Part shown: piece after piece, positions 28,447-39,277 of the stretch | Position numbering within the stretch: position 1 is the first letter of the stretch | Layout of the letters: each line of letters opens with the position of its first letter | Origin: Prevotella sp. | GTDB lineage: Bacteria; Bacillota_I; Bacilli_A; ML615J-28; CAG-313 | DNA: 64,000 nucleotides | Assembly (NCBI GenBank): GCA_023665755.1 | Contig: JAMPDF010000001.1 | Span: 479,474 to 543,473, forward strand | Direction: 5' to 3' | The notes under the pieces: model-generated | What the model was told of the DNA's origin: nothing | Seen by the model: only the letters and a program-made list of their open reading frames with translations | Databases searched by the model: none | Program-made: the position numbers and the translations under genes

Positions 28447-31092
28447 CTATTTCATATCCCATGTTTTTCCGTATGCTACCTCAGCGATGAATTTCACTTC
28501 CATAGATACTGCTGATTGCATAGTTTTAGGGACAATGACTTTCAATTCTTCTAATTCTTCTGGAACAACATCTAATATCAATTCGTCATGTACTTGCGCG
28601 ACAATCCTACTTTTAAAGTGATGTTTTTCTAATTCTTCTTGTACTTTAATCATAGCAATTTTCATAATATCAGCAGCTGTGCCTTGAATAGGCGCATTCA
28701 TTGCGGCACGCTCTGAAAACTTGCGCAGTGCAGCGTTGCTACTATTGATTTCTTTCATATATCGTCTTCGGTTATATTTAGTCGTTGTATAGCCATCTTT
28801 TTTGGCATCTTCCACACATTGATTCAAATAGGTTTTAATTTCTGGATAAATATCAAAATACTTGCGTATAAAATCCGAAGCTTCATATGGTGAAATATGC
28901 AATTGTTCCGCAAGTCCCCAATCACTCATCCCATAAACTATTCCAAAATTAACTGCCTTTGCTACTCTTCTATGTTCTTTGGTCACTTGTTCTAATGCGA
29001 TATTGTATACTTTTGACGCAGTTAAAGCATGTAAATCAATGCCCTCATTAAACGCTTGAATCATCGCCTTACAACCTGATAAAGAAGCTAAAATACGTAG
29101 TTCAATTTGTGAATAATCTGCACTTAACAAAACATGCTCAGTACAACTTGGAATGAAGGCTGTTCGAATAATTCTTCCTTCTTCTGTTCGGATTGGAATG
29201 TTTTGAATATTCGGTTCTGTAGATGAAAGTCTTCCAGTTAATGTCAAAGATTGTTTAAAAATAGTATGTACACGATCATCCGTTTCCGTTGTTTCCGCAA
29301 GTAGTCCAACTACATAAGTAGAATATAACTTTGCAAATTTACGATATTCTAATACGTAAGAAGCAATAGGATAGGTCTTGGCAAGTCCTTCTAGTACTTC
29401 CGCAGAAGTGGAATATCCAGTTTTTGTTTTCTTCCCCTTGCCCAAATGCATTTCCTCAAACAATACCACTCCAAGTTGTTTAGGAGATGCTACATTAAAT
29501 GGATGACCTGCTAAAGCAAAAATAGCCTTTTCATTTTCTTGGATTTGTTCTTGCAAATACACACCAATTTCTTGAAGTCGCTCCTTACTTACTCTAAAGC
29601 CTGTCATCTCAACTTTTCCCAAGATAATTGCCAAGGGTATTTCTATTTCATATAGCAATGTCATTTGATTTCTTTCTTCTAGAATTTGATCTAATTTTTC
29701 TTTTAATATTTCCAAATAACTTATTTTATCCATCATATAAGTAGCATATACGTTTTCTTCTGGCACTTCATATATACTCTTTTTACCAAAGATTTCTTCT
29801 ATGAAAGCAAAGCGAGTAGGTAGAAATTTTTCCATCATTGTCTTGATTTCTAATGTTCCATATGAAGGATCTACCACATAACTTGCCAAAATAAAATCAA
29901 AAGCAAATGATTCAACAAAAATACCTCTTCTCGCTAATGCTACATAAACCTTTTTACTATCTATAGTATAAATTATTTTTTGGCTTTCTAAAAGATGTTG
30001 CAAACGAATATCATTTAAATAACTTTCATCTAGGTAATACCCAGCTTGATCAACAAAAAAGGCAATTCCTAAAATATGGCCTTTATGATAATTCTCTTGA
30101 TTGAGTTCTACTTCCATACTCCATTTTTCATGTTGTTCAAGTGCGGCTAACGTTGCTTCTAGTTCATTATAATGATATGAACATTTTTTTTCTACCAGTG
30201 TGTCTTCTACTTTGGCTTCTTCTGTAAAGTTCATTTTTTTAATAAAAGATTGAAATTCAAGCGTCTCATAAAAACTTCTTAATTCTACTATATTAGCGCC
30301 TCGATATTGCAAATCCTCTATCGTATATGCAATCGGTGCATCCATAGCAATAGTGGCTAAGTATTTTGTACGTAGGGCAATCTCTTTTTCATTAGCCAGT
30401 GTGTCTTTCAGTTTTCCTTTTAGTTCTTCTTCATGTGCAATTAAATTCTCCAAGGATTGATATTGTTCTAATAATTTAACTGCGGTTTTAGGCCCTACTC
30501 CAGATAATCCTGGTAAATTATCAGAATTATCACCAATCAGTCCCTTATAATCGGTCATTTGATGAGGTTGAAATCCCATAATTGATTGAAAATTATCTAT
30601 ATTATATTCTTCTAAATCAGTGATTCCTTTTTTGGTTAAAAATACCTTTACATTATCGCGGACTAGTTGTAACAAATCTTTATCACCTGAAATCACAATC
30701 ACTTCATCAAAGGCGTCTTTTACCTTTTCAGACATAGAACCGATCAAGTCATCTGCTTCATATTCGTCTGTTTCCCATTGTTTTACACCTAAAATATGCA
30801 AATATTCTTTAATATATGGAATTTGCATGGCAAATTCTTCAGGCATAGGCTTACGCCCCCCCTTATATTCGGTATAAGCCTGATGACGGAAGGTTTTCTT
30901 TCCTTTATCGAAAGCAACAAAAATATGAGTCATTCCTTCTATACTTAAAACCTTATGCATCATATTGACAAATCCATAGATGGCATTGGTATATAAATCA
31001 TTACTTGTTTTCATTAAATTTCCTGTATATGCAGTCGCATAATATGCCCGAAACATAATGCTATTTCCATCAAGCAGTACAATCTTACTCAT
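28447..31092 (-). CDS. polA: DNA polymerase I
   Basis: 881 aa; 5'-3' exonuclease N-terminus and polymerase motifs (DYSQIELRILA; IQGTAADI...; VHDE). Confidence 0.93.
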   Translation of the reverse strand: MSKIVLLDGNSIMFRAYYATAYTGNLMKTSNDLYTNAIYGFVNMMHKVLSIEGMTHIFVAFDKGKKTFRHQAYTEYKGGRKPMPEEFAMQIPYIKEYLHILGVKQWETDEYEADDLIGSMSEKVKDAFDEVIVISGDKDLLQLVRDNVKVFLTKKGITDLEEYNIDNFQSIMGFQPHQMTDYKGLIGDNSDNLPGLSGVGPKTAVKLLEQYQSLENLIAHEEELKGKLKDTLANEKEIALRTKYLATIAMDAPIAYTIEDLQYRGANIVELRSFYETLEFQSFIKKMNFTEEAKVEDTLVEKKCSYHYNELEATLAALEQHEKWSMEVELNQENYHKGHILGIAFFVDQAGYYLDESYLNDIRLQHLLESQKIIYTIDSKKVYVALARRGIFVESFAFDFILASYVVDPSYGTLEIKTMMEKFLPTRFAFIEEIFGKKSIYEVPEENVYATYMMDKISYLEILKEKLDQILEERNQMTLLYEIEIPLAIILGKVEMTGFRVSKERLQEIGVYLQEQIQENEKAIFALAGHPFNVASPKQLGVVLFEEMHLGKGKKTKTGYSTSAEVLEGLAKTYPIASYVLEYRKFAKLYSTYVVGLLAETTETDDRVHTIFKQSLTLTGRLSSTEPNIQNIPIRTEEGRIIRTAFIPSCTEHVLLSADYSQIELRILASLSGCKAMIQAFNEGIDLHALTASKVYNIALEQVTKEHRRVAKAVNFGIVYGMSDWGLAEQLHISPYEASDFIRKYFDIYPEIKTYLNQCVEDAKKDGYTTTKYNRRRYMKEINSSNAALRKFSERAAMNAPIQGTAADIMKIAMIKVQEELEKHHFKSRIVAQVHDELILDVVPEELEELKVIVPKTMQSAVSMEVKFIAEVAYGKTWDMK

Positions 31093-31200
31093 TTGCTACA
31101 ACTCCTTTTATTTTTTTCTTTTTATTATTTTACCACAAAATCTGAAAAAAATATAGAATATTAGTATTTTTTTATTTCATACTAATATAGAGGTGATCAA

Positions 31201-31998
31201 ATGAAGCTATTGAAAAGTTATGTTTTGATTTTAACATGTTTTACTTTCTTCGGATTACAAGAGTGTGCGTCTTCACAAAAAGAAAAAACAAATCCGTTTT
31301 ATGCCAAAATTTCTCAGTATAGTAGTTTTCAACCTGCTTTATATGAGCAATATGAACAAATTTATCAAGAAAATCATAATATGGTATATACTTTAAACCT
31401 GGTGAATCATCCTTCCTTTTTAAAACAGGGTGAATATGATAGTTTTGCTTTTGATGACCATTATTTATTTGTAAATCCGTATTTTCGTCTAAAGGCAAAT
31501 TTTACTCCCAGTCAATTAGAAAAAGTGACTTTACCTAAAATTCATCGTCAATCAGAAGTAATGTTAATCGATTCAACTACTCAAAAAATGTATCAACAAT
31601 TATATACAGAAGCTACATCATTAGGGCTAGAACTCGTCATTTTTTCTGCTTATCGCTCATATGCATATCAAAGTCATTTATATGAACAAGCCAAGAATCC
31701 TAATTATGTGGCTAAACCTGGTGCATCTGAACATCAAACAGGTTGTGCCATTGATATTGCTACTTTAGATACGGGACTTTCCGAATATTTTGAACAAACC
31801 GCTGAATTTGATTTTTTAAAAGAAAATGCGCATCGCTTTGGTTTTATCTTACGTTATCCAAAAGGAAAAGAACATATTACAGGTTATCCTTATGAATCTT
31901 GGCATTTTCGTTATGTTGGTGTAAGCATTGCTTCTAAGATTTATCATTCTAATTTGACACTAGAAGAATATATTTATCAATATGTAGAAATCATTTAG
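31201..31998 (+). CDS. Secreted D-alanyl-D-alanine carboxypeptidase, peptidase M15B (VanY-like)
   Basis: Signal peptide; SEHQTGCAIDI and ESWHFRY zinc-binding motifs of M15 peptidases. Confidence 0.75.
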   Translation: MKLLKSYVLILTCFTFFGLQECASSQKEKTNPFYAKISQYSSFQPALYEQYEQIYQENHNMVYTLNLVNHPSFLKQGEYDSFAFDDHYLFVNPYFRLKANFTPSQLEKVTLPKIHRQSEVMLIDSTTQKMYQQLYTEATSLGLELVIFSAYRSYAYQSHLYEQAKNPNYVAKPGASEHQTGCAIDIATLDTGLSEYFEQTAEFDFLKENAHRFGFILRYPKGKEHITGYPYESWHFRYVGVSIASKIYHSNLTLEEYIYQYVEII

Positions 31999-32048
31999 CA
32001 CCACTTCTTTCCTCTTTTCATATTATATAATAAGGAAGGAGTCGTATT

Positions 32049-32306
32049 ATGTATAGAAATTATTTTCCCTATCAACAACAGCCCCGTTTGTGGCTTCCTA
32101 TATTGGCCGGAGCAGCCATCATTACTGCGCCATTTTGGTTAGGCGGCAGAAATGGTTGTTGTAACAATCAAACTACCTATGTGCCTTATAGCCAACCTCA
32201 ACCTTATTACTATCCACAAGCTGTTCCATATCCATACCCATATCCTCAACCCTATCCATATCCTCAGCCATACCCTTATACCTATCCCGTCAATAATACC
32301 AATTGA
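32049..32306 (+). CDS. Small Pro/Tyr-rich membrane-anchored protein (PYPYPQPYPYPQPYPY tail)
   Basis: Good AAGGAGG RBS; N-terminal hydrophobic segment then QPQPYYYPQAVPYPYPYPQPYPYPQPYPYTYP repeat. May be spore coat or envelope associated. Confidence 0.5.
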   Translation: MYRNYFPYQQQPRLWLPILAGAAIITAPFWLGGRNGCCNNQTTYVPYSQPQPYYYPQAVPYPYPYPQPYPYPQPYPYTYPVNNTN

Positions 32307-32345
32307 TCATCCAATAGCATCCTATTTTTTATCAAAGCAATTATT

Positions 32346-32600
32346 TTGACATTTACTATAGATTCAATTATAATTAAAATGCAAAAAAGTGAATAGAGGT
32401 AGCGGTGCAAATGAGTAGCATTTGGAGCAGGCATGCAATGAAAAATGTAAAAGGTAATCATCGCCGAATAAGATATTTAGGCATAGATATCTTATGGGGT
32501 TATAAGAAATACTTATAACACTCCTACGTAAGTAGAGGCGCTAGTTGGTTTTCATCAATTCTAATGGATTAATAAAAAGCGTCTGAACGCTTTTTTGTTT
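32346..32600 (+). promoter_or_regulatory. Consensus sigma-A promoter plus ~230-nt leader with intrinsic terminator (attenuator of unknown class) upstream of the amino-acid ABC operon
   Basis: TTGACA-17-TATAAT at 32346-32374; terminator AAAAAGCGTctgaACGCTTTTTTGTTTTTTT at 32573-32600; 36-codon uORF (MSSIWSRHAMKNVKGNHRRIRYLGIDILWGYKKYL) inside the leader; no T-box sequence found. Confidence 0.45.
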
Positions 32601-32625
32601 TTTTATAAACACTATTGGAGGTATT

Positions 32626-33459
32626 ATGATGAAAAAAATAATGTATGCTTGTTTACTTTTTTTAATGGTACTATCAGTAACTAGCTGTAAAAAAGTAAAA
32701 TTTGATGAATCAAAAAAGACACTGGTTGTTGGTCTTGAATGTGACTATGCGCCATTCAACTGGCTTGAAACCACAAAAACCGAAACCAATTATCCTGTAG
32801 AAAATGTATCTGGTGGATATGCGGAAGGATATGACGTACAAATGGCTAAGGCTATTTGTAAAGAATTGGGCTATACTCTTGTCATTAAGAAAATTAGTTT
32901 TGATGGTCTCATTTCCGCGCTTGATTCTGGTGCCATTGATGCTATTATTGCAGGAATGAGCCCAACAGATGAAAGAAAGCTTTCTATTCAATTTAGCGAT
33001 GCTTACTATCATTCCAAACATGTCCTACTTTGCCTGAAGAATTCACCTTATGTAAATGCCAAAACATTTCAACAACTAGGTGGAGCGAAGGTAATTGGAC
33101 AATTATCTACAACTTACGATACCCTAGCAAAGCAAATCAGTCAAAAAAATTCCAATTGCACTTATTTGCAAGGATTAGAAACCATTCCTCTTATTGTCAA
33201 TGCAATAAAATCAAACGTAGCTGATCTGACTGTCTTAGAAGAACCAGTGGGCAAAGGCCTTGTCTCAAGAGATGATGCGCTTACGTATTTTGCATTAGAT
33301 GAAGCATTTGATTTAAATGAAGCTGATACTATCGTTTCAGTTGGGCTTCGAAAAATTGATACATCCCTTTGTGAAAAAATCAATCAAGCCCTTGCTCATA
33401 TTACCCAAGAAATGCGTGATACCTATATGGAAAATGCGGTAAACGCTGGTGAAAACTAA
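32626..33459 (+). CDS. Amino-acid ABC transporter substrate-binding lipoprotein (SBP family 3)
   Basis: Lipobox LSVTSC; polar amino-acid SBP architecture. Confidence 0.8.
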   Translation: MMKKIMYACLLFLMVLSVTSCKKVKFDESKKTLVVGLECDYAPFNWLETTKTETNYPVENVSGGYAEGYDVQMAKAICKELGYTLVIKKISFDGLISALDSGAIDAIIAGMSPTDERKLSIQFSDAYYHSKHVLLCLKNSPYVNAKTFQQLGGAKVIGQLSTTYDTLAKQISQKNSNCTYLQGLETIPLIVNAIKSNVADLTVLEEPVGKGLVSRDDALTYFALDEAFDLNEADTIVSVGLRKIDTSLCEKINQALAHITQEMRDTYMENAVNAGEN

Positions 33460-34172
33460 TGGAGTTTTTTCGTTTAATATTACAAGAATATGGTATCCTT
33501 ATTTTAAAAGGAGTTGGAGTAACTCTATTGTTATCCATTGTAGGTACCATTTTAGGATTATTCATTGCTTTATTTTTGGGTAGTATTCAAAGTCTAGATG
33601 CATCACCGTTTGAAACAAGGACTAAAAAAACAATACGAAAGATATCACAAACCTTAATTCACATCTACGTAACTATCTTTCGTGGTACACCGATGATTGT
33701 ACAAGCGGTTATATTTTATTACTCTTTTTATAAGATGGGCATCCACTGGACTCCTATTGTTGCTGGATTATTTACTGTCACCCTCAATACTTCAGCTTAT
33801 TTGACAGAAGTTGTTCGTGGAGGTATTCAAAGTATCAAGAGTGATCAAACCGAAGCTGGTTTATCGATTGGTATGACAAGTTTTCAAACCTTTTTCTATA
33901 TTCGTTTACCCCAAGCATTAAAGAATGCTATGGCTTCTATTGGAAATGAATTGATTGTAAATATTAAAGATACTTCTGTTTTGAGTGTTATTATGATTGT
34001 TGATCTATACAATGCCTGTAAAATTGCTGGTAGTAAATATAGTTTATTTGTCGAACCTATGGCAATAGCCGCAATTCTGTATTTAGGGTTAACTTTATTT
34101 TTCTCATTCTTGCTTAGAAAAATTGAAAAACAAATTGGTGCTCCAACAAAGGCACTAACGAGTTCAAATTAG
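33459..34172 (+). CDS. Amino-acid ABC transporter permease (HisM/GlnP type)
   Basis: [25 protein letters not shown]-loop motif. Confidence 0.85.
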   Translation: MEFFRLILQEYGILILKGVGVTLLLSIVGTILGLFIALFLGSIQSLDASPFETRTKKTIRKISQTLIHIYVTIFRGTPMIVQAVIFYYSFYKMGIHWTPIVAGLFTVTLNTSAYLTEVVRGGIQSIKSDQTEAGLSIGMTSFQTFFYIRLPQALKNAMASIGNELIVNIKDTSVLSVIMIVDLYNACKIAGSKYSLFVEPMAIAAILYLGLTLFFSFLLRKIEKQIGAPTKALTSSN

Positions 34173-34182
34173 GAGTAAATTT

Positions 34183-34929
34183 ATGAATCCAATTATTCAA
34201 ATCCAACATTTACACCAAGAGTTTGATCAAAAGGTCATTTTAGAAGATATCAATATTGATATTATGCCAGGTGAAATTATTTCCATTATTGGACCAAGTG
34301 GTTCTGGTAAGTCCACCCTTCTTCGGTCTATTAACTTACTCAATCGACCTACAAGGGGAACAATTTACTTTAAAGGTGAAGATATTCTAGCGAATACAAA
34401 ACATCACCCCTTGATTCGTTCTAAAATCAGTATGGTTTTTCAGTCATTTCATTTATTTCCCCATTATAATGTATTACACAATTGTACATTGGGACCAAGA
34501 AAAGTATTGAAAATGTCTAAAAAGGAAGCAGAACAAATTGCTCTTGCCAACCTTACATTGGTTGGTATGCAAGAAAAATCCAATGTCCCAGTTGATACTT
34601 TATCTGGTGGACAAAAACAACGTGTTGCAATTGCAAGAAGTTTGTGTATGAATCCTGACGTGATTCTATTTGATGAGCCTACTAGTGCTCTAGATCCTGA
34701 AATGGTGGGTGAAGTACTTTCTTCTATTCAAGAACTTAAATCCACAGGAAAAACGCTTTTGATTGTGACCCATGAAATGGCATTTGCAAAAGAAGTTTCA
34801 ACGCGTGTTATTTTTATGGATAATGGCTATATTGTCGAAGAAGGTACTCCAGATGCGGTTTTCAACCACCCAAAAGAAGAAAGAACCAAGGCCTTTTTAT
34901 CTCGATTTCATACCGTACCTATTGAATGA
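34183..34929 (+). CDS. Amino-acid ABC transporter ATP-binding protein (GlnQ type)
   Basis: Walker [10 protein letters not shown], signature [13 protein letters not shown], Walker [12 protein letters not shown]. Confidence 0.9.
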   Translation: MNPIIQIQHLHQEFDQKVILEDINIDIMPGEIISIIGPSGSGKSTLLRSINLLNRPTRGTIYFKGEDILANTKHHPLIRSKISMVFQSFHLFPHYNVLHNCTLGPRKVLKMSKKEAEQIALANLTLVGMQEKSNVPVDTLSGGQKQRVAIARSLCMNPDVILFDEPTSALDPEMVGEVLSSIQELKSTGKTLLIVTHEMAFAKEVSTRVIFMDNGYIVEEGTPDAVFNHPKEERTKAFLSRFHTVPIE

Positions 34930-34945
34930 ATAAAGCGATAATATT

Positions 34946-34993
34946 TAAAAAGGGATATATCTATTGTATGCAATAGATATATCCCTTTTTTTA
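34946..34993. terminator. Strong bidirectional terminator
   Basis: AAAAAGGGATATATCTATTG-tatg-CAATAGATATATCCCTTTTTTT between the convergent ABC ATPase and methyltransferase genes. Confidence 0.8.
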
Positions 34994-34998
34994 TACTT

Positions 34999-37701
34999 CT
35001 ATTTGTCGATAGGATATGCCAATTGATTTTTGCAATAATTCTCCTGAATACCTTGCTCTTTATCAATAATGACTTGATGTATTAGAGTATGATAATACCC
35101 TATATAAAGTTTGTCATCTATTTTTTTATACCAATAAATAGGTAAATAGTGATACATTTTGATATGTTCTTTGGCGAAATGGTTGAAAAAATAGTTTTCT
35201 AGACTTTGTCCAAGAATATTCTCTGCTTCTTGTTCGGAAGTTTTATCAAACATTAGATGAAATAATCTTCTTATTTCCAAAATAACCACTTCTAATTGGA
35301 TAAATCTTGTATTATCTATCGTCCCTTTATATAATTTCTCTGTATACCTACCCAAAACTATCCCTACCAAATATGAAAGTAATCTTTTTATCTTCTCTTT
35401 ATCAGATTGTTTTTGTTTCTTTACTTTAGGTAATGGTGGTACTTTAATTTGATAAATATCTTGGAAAATGCTATCTATCTGTTGTTCCAACTGTTCCATT
35501 TGAATTTGAATTTGATCAATATACATTTGGTATTGACACAAGGCAGAAGAAAGTGACATTCCTTTTAACTGTTGCCAATAGGGGTTAAAATTCCAAGATA
35601 ATTCATTTTCTTTATCTAATAACTTAGCAAGATAAATCAATTGATTCACTATACTGCTTGCTTCCTCTTTTTTTTGTTTGTCAATCAAAATGGGTAAACT
35701 AGCTATATTTCCTACTTGAAAATTTACTGTTGGTGCTAGTAGCGATAGAAAATAAAAAGCAACAGAACTAGATAAAAAACCAAGAAAATAAAGGATATCT
35801 TCTTCCTTGGCAAAAAGGGATGAACCGGATACATCAAATACATATCCTTCTTCTTTGTATCGAACATTAAAACTATTGAATCCAAATAGCGACCATGTAA
35901 TCCCTTTTTGAAAATAATATTGTCGGGATGGTAAATGATTTCCTTGAAGCAGGAGTTTTTGATAAGATGTTGGATCAAACCGAATGACTATGCCACTTGT
36001 GCTATACCATCTTGTCTGATCTCCTCCTTTGTTATAGGGAGCATACTTCTTACCACTTCTCAAAAAAGCATCAATACTTTCTTCATAATAGCCTATTTCG
36101 TGAGGTGGCACCTCATACCACATACGCAAAAACGCTTTATTATTGCCCGTTGCTAGTCCTTGACGAATTTGAGAAATTTTCCCTAATTTTGGGGCTTGTT
36201 TTAAAATATCAAATGCTCGATCACTCATCCAATAAGTAAACGCACTGTTTTCCATTGCTAATAATTTTGTTTGAGAATGATAATAATAATTTGATGTTTC
36301 AAAAAAGCCTTTTTCCTTTTCTTCTATTGTGTCATACTGAGACAACTGAACAAAGCAAGTATTGGTATAAGGAAGTTGATTTTCTAATACAAAAGCCATA
36401 GCAAGTGCATTATATGCATTGAGATTTTCAAAGGTATTTTTCCCAAGATGTAAGACAGAGGTTAACTGATAGTGATTCAATATATGATATCGCAAAGAGG
36501 TAAATGAACGAATAAACATCCATGTATGTAACATAATCATTGAAAGAATACCTTGTGGCTTTAAAAAATAAATTCCTCTTTCAATGAACGCTGTATATAG
36601 TTCTGATTTACCATATGGATAATGATAATTTAAATATTCAAGCATTTCTTTTGGTAATACTTTTCTTCCCATATAAGGCGGATTGATTAAAACGACATCA
36701 TATTTTTTTTGTAGCAAGACAAAAGGTGCGTATAATTCTTTTAAAATGGGATATATTTCCATCTTTTCTTTTGGAAAATTCAGACGAAGTGGGATTTGAA
36801 TCAAACTTCCTTTTAAACTAGCTCCTTGAAATAAAGCAATAATCTGATCTATTTCTTTATGTTTTGTAAAATCTTTTTTCTTGGTTTGAGGAATCCAATG
36901 AAAATGAGGAATAGTGTAATGAGTAGGATGCAAAAATTCAGGAACATCTTCAAATGCTTTTATCACAAAAATGAATTTTGCAATACAAATCGCGATTGCA
37001 TCAATATCTAGCCCGTATAAATGTGTATTATAAATGCGTTTATAGATTTCAACCAATGAATAAGTTGTTTCTTCTTGATACTTTTGAACCAATTTTTGTA
37101 AAGCAACAAGTAAAATATTTCCTGTACCAAGACAAGGATCGATAATCGTGAAATCATTTAAGTTAATTCTTCTTTGGTTGGATGAATGAAGATTATACAA
37201 ATTATTCTTTGTATCAATTGTATTATCTACCATGTATTGACAAACCATTTTGGGTGTAAAAATTTGGGTTGCCGCAAAAATATTTTTCTCATCTACCAAA
37301 GTATCACTATTGCGTAAAGTAGATGTAAAGGTATGATATCGTTCATGATCCCTAAAATCTTCTAAATAAGCACCAAAATACTCAATTGGTGTTTGTTGAT
37401 TTATCATATGCGATAATTGAGATTTTCTTTCTGCTGTAAAAAAATGTATAGGATAATACTTTTCTAATTTCTCTATATGTGTAGGAAAAATATTTGGAAA
37501 TAGTTCATTCTCTTTTTTACAATACGATATGACTTCTTCTTTAGTTCTTTTTTGATAATCTGACAAAATCCCTCTTGCAATTAAAAATTGTAAAGAAATG
37601 ATTCTCACAAACCATTCCTGTACCATTTCCTCATCTTGAATATCTACTAATAGACTTTCACGAATATGTGCTGAAAACGTATGATGCTCTTTTACACTCA
37701 T
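34999..37701 (-). CDS. Gamma-class N6-adenine DNA methyltransferase with a large C-terminal (target-recognition-like) region, MmeI/Type IIG/BREX-PglX-like, standalone
   Basis: 900 aa. Motif I IIDPCLGTGNILLV precedes motif IV VLINPPYMG (gamma order). ~190-aa helical N-terminus, ~500-aa C-terminus. No obvious PD-(D/E)xK nuclease N-domain and no brx/pgl partners in the window. Confidence 0.7.
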   Translation of the reverse strand: MSVKEHHTFSAHIRESLLVDIQDEEMVQEWFVRIISLQFLIARGILSDYQKRTKEEVISYCKKENELFPNIFPTHIEKLEKYYPIHFFTAERKSQLSHMINQQTPIEYFGAYLEDFRDHERYHTFTSTLRNSDTLVDEKNIFAATQIFTPKMVCQYMVDNTIDTKNNLYNLHSSNQRRINLNDFTIIDPCLGTGNILLVALQKLVQKYQEETTYSLVEIYKRIYNTHLYGLDIDAIAICIAKFIFVIKAFEDVPEFLHPTHYTIPHFHWIPQTKKKDFTKHKEIDQIIALFQGASLKGSLIQIPLRLNFPKEKMEIYPILKELYAPFVLLQKKYDVVLINPPYMGRKVLPKEMLEYLNYHYPYGKSELYTAFIERGIYFLKPQGILSMIMLHTWMFIRSFTSLRYHILNHYQLTSVLHLGKNTFENLNAYNALAMAFVLENQLPYTNTCFVQLSQYDTIEEKEKGFFETSNYYYHSQTKLLAMENSAFTYWMSDRAFDILKQAPKLGKISQIRQGLATGNNKAFLRMWYEVPPHEIGYYEESIDAFLRSGKKYAPYNKGGDQTRWYSTSGIVIRFDPTSYQKLLLQGNHLPSRQYYFQKGITWSLFGFNSFNVRYKEEGYVFDVSGSSLFAKEEDILYFLGFLSSSVAFYFLSLLAPTVNFQVGNIASLPILIDKQKKEEASSIVNQLIYLAKLLDKENELSWNFNPYWQQLKGMSLSSALCQYQMYIDQIQIQMEQLEQQIDSIFQDIYQIKVPPLPKVKKQKQSDKEKIKRLLSYLVGIVLGRYTEKLYKGTIDNTRFIQLEVVILEIRRLFHLMFDKTSEQEAENILGQSLENYFFNHFAKEHIKMYHYLPIYWYKKIDDKLYIGYYHTLIHQVIIDKEQGIQENYCKNQLAYPIDK

Positions 37702-37771
37702 CTACTCACCTCCTTTTTCTTGTATTTTACCATAACTTTTTATGATACAAAAGAAAAAAGCCCTTTTCTAT

Positions 37772-37797
37772 AAAAAAAGGAGATTTTCATCTCCCTA
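37772..37797 (-). terminator. Intrinsic terminator after the lipoprotein gene
   Basis: Minus strand GGAGATgaaaATCTCC followed by TTTTTTT. Confidence 0.6.
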
Positions 37798-37798
37798 T

Positions 37799-39277
37799 TT
37801 ATGATACTACCTCTGCAAATAATAAAAGCAGAATTCCTGTGCTTGGTGTATATTCTATTGTAACTTGAATCTGTTTACTATTTTTAGCAGTGTAATAAGA
37901 ATAATCAGGTAAAGTAGTATCTTCTTTATTTTCTATAAATCCGGCATCGATGAGCCTTTCTTTGATTAGCAAATAATGATTACTTTGAATATCTTTATAT
38001 CCAATTCGAAGTCCATCTTCAGTATAATTACCAAAATAAAAAGTACCATATTCAATAGGCTCTATTCCTTCTAGATATGGATGATCCTTAGGCCATGATT
38101 TATACTGATTATTCTCAACTATCTGATAATTTAAAAATTCATCTATATTCCCCACTAACTCAAGTTTTGTTACAATGGCTTTCGAAGAATTCACTTCCTT
38201 TTTTAAACATGCCCCTGTTTCTACATCAACATAATAATATTCTTTTAGACTAACTTGATTAGTAACAATTACTCTCTCATATGCGTGTACTTTTCTCCCT
38301 ATATATTCTGTATCCTCTTTAGTATAAAAGTTCAACTGAATATCTGTTAAATGACTTGTTAATATCTTGAATAATTCACTTTCAATTTGTTCTAATTCTA
38401 ATGTATCGTCTGTCAGCATTTTAATTTTTTCATTATGATCTACCTTATACCACTTCATATCCGTCTTATCATACAGATATCCTTGCTGATTACTTTCGTA
38501 ATAATAGCCATTGGCTGCGGAAATAAATTGGAATACTTTATCTTGAATAGTCAATTGAATATGATAATTACTAAAATTTTCAATGACTTTATTTTCTGGA
38601 ATAAATGTAGATAAATCAACATACTGTAAAGATTCATAAGATTGATACGGTTCTAAATCAATATGCTCAGTAGAAATATTCTCTACTTTACAGATTACTT
38701 TTTTGAACGAGTTACCTAAACAAAAATATAAACACGCCCCTGTTGCATTATCTATACGATAAACCTCTTCATATTCTGCGGAATCGCGATAATACTCTAT
38801 AACATCTCGGTTCAAATAAGTAGTCTCTCTTCTAGATAACTCTTGAATCGTCTCACTGCTCAAATGATATAATAATACATAAAATATATCTTCTATTTGT
38901 GAAGAAAAATCATAATTACCAATTACTTTTATTTTTTGTTGCTTGATTGGATCAACGCAATATGACTCATTTTTTATCGCATCATAATAACCATACACAT
39001 TCTCATTGCCATTTGCATAATAATAGCCATCTTGACAACGAATCAAACGATACGTTATACCATTGATATTAATGCTAATATCAAAAGATGAAAAATGTTT
39101 TTGAATTTCTGATTTAGAAGCAAAATTGATATATCCACATCTCGTACATATACTAGTGGTTGGCGTTGTTTGCTCATATTGGTGACCATGTTTTTCACAT
39201 TCAGTTTTCTTTTTACAGCTTATACAGCTCAACAAAAGAATTGTGACACAAATTGCACCCATTATTATTTTTTTCAT
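37799..39277 (-). CDS. Hypothetical lipoprotein with a Cys/His cluster after the lipobox
   Basis: MKKIIMGAICVTILLLSCISC lipobox, then CEKHGHQYEQTTPTTSICTRCGY. Start at the Met with a GGAGGG RBS. Unknown function. Confidence 0.55.
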   Translation of the reverse strand: MKKIIMGAICVTILLLSCISCKKKTECEKHGHQYEQTTPTTSICTRCGYINFASKSEIQKHFSSFDISININGITYRLIRCQDGYYYANGNENVYGYYDAIKNESYCVDPIKQQKIKVIGNYDFSSQIEDIFYVLLYHLSSETIQELSRRETTYLNRDVIEYYRDSAEYEEVYRIDNATGACLYFCLGNSFKKVICKVENISTEHIDLEPYQSYESLQYVDLSTFIPENKVIENFSNYHIQLTIQDKVFQFISAANGYYYESNQQGYLYDKTDMKWYKVDHNEKIKMLTDDTLELEQIESELFKILTSHLTDIQLNFYTKEDTEYIGRKVHAYERVIVTNQVSLKEYYYVDVETGACLKKEVNSSKAIVTKLELVGNIDEFLNYQIVENNQYKSWPKDHPYLEGIEPIEYGTFYFGNYTEDGLRIGYKDIQSNHYLLIKERLIDAGFIENKEDTTLPDYSYYTAKNSKQIQVTIEYTPSTGILLLLFAEVVS

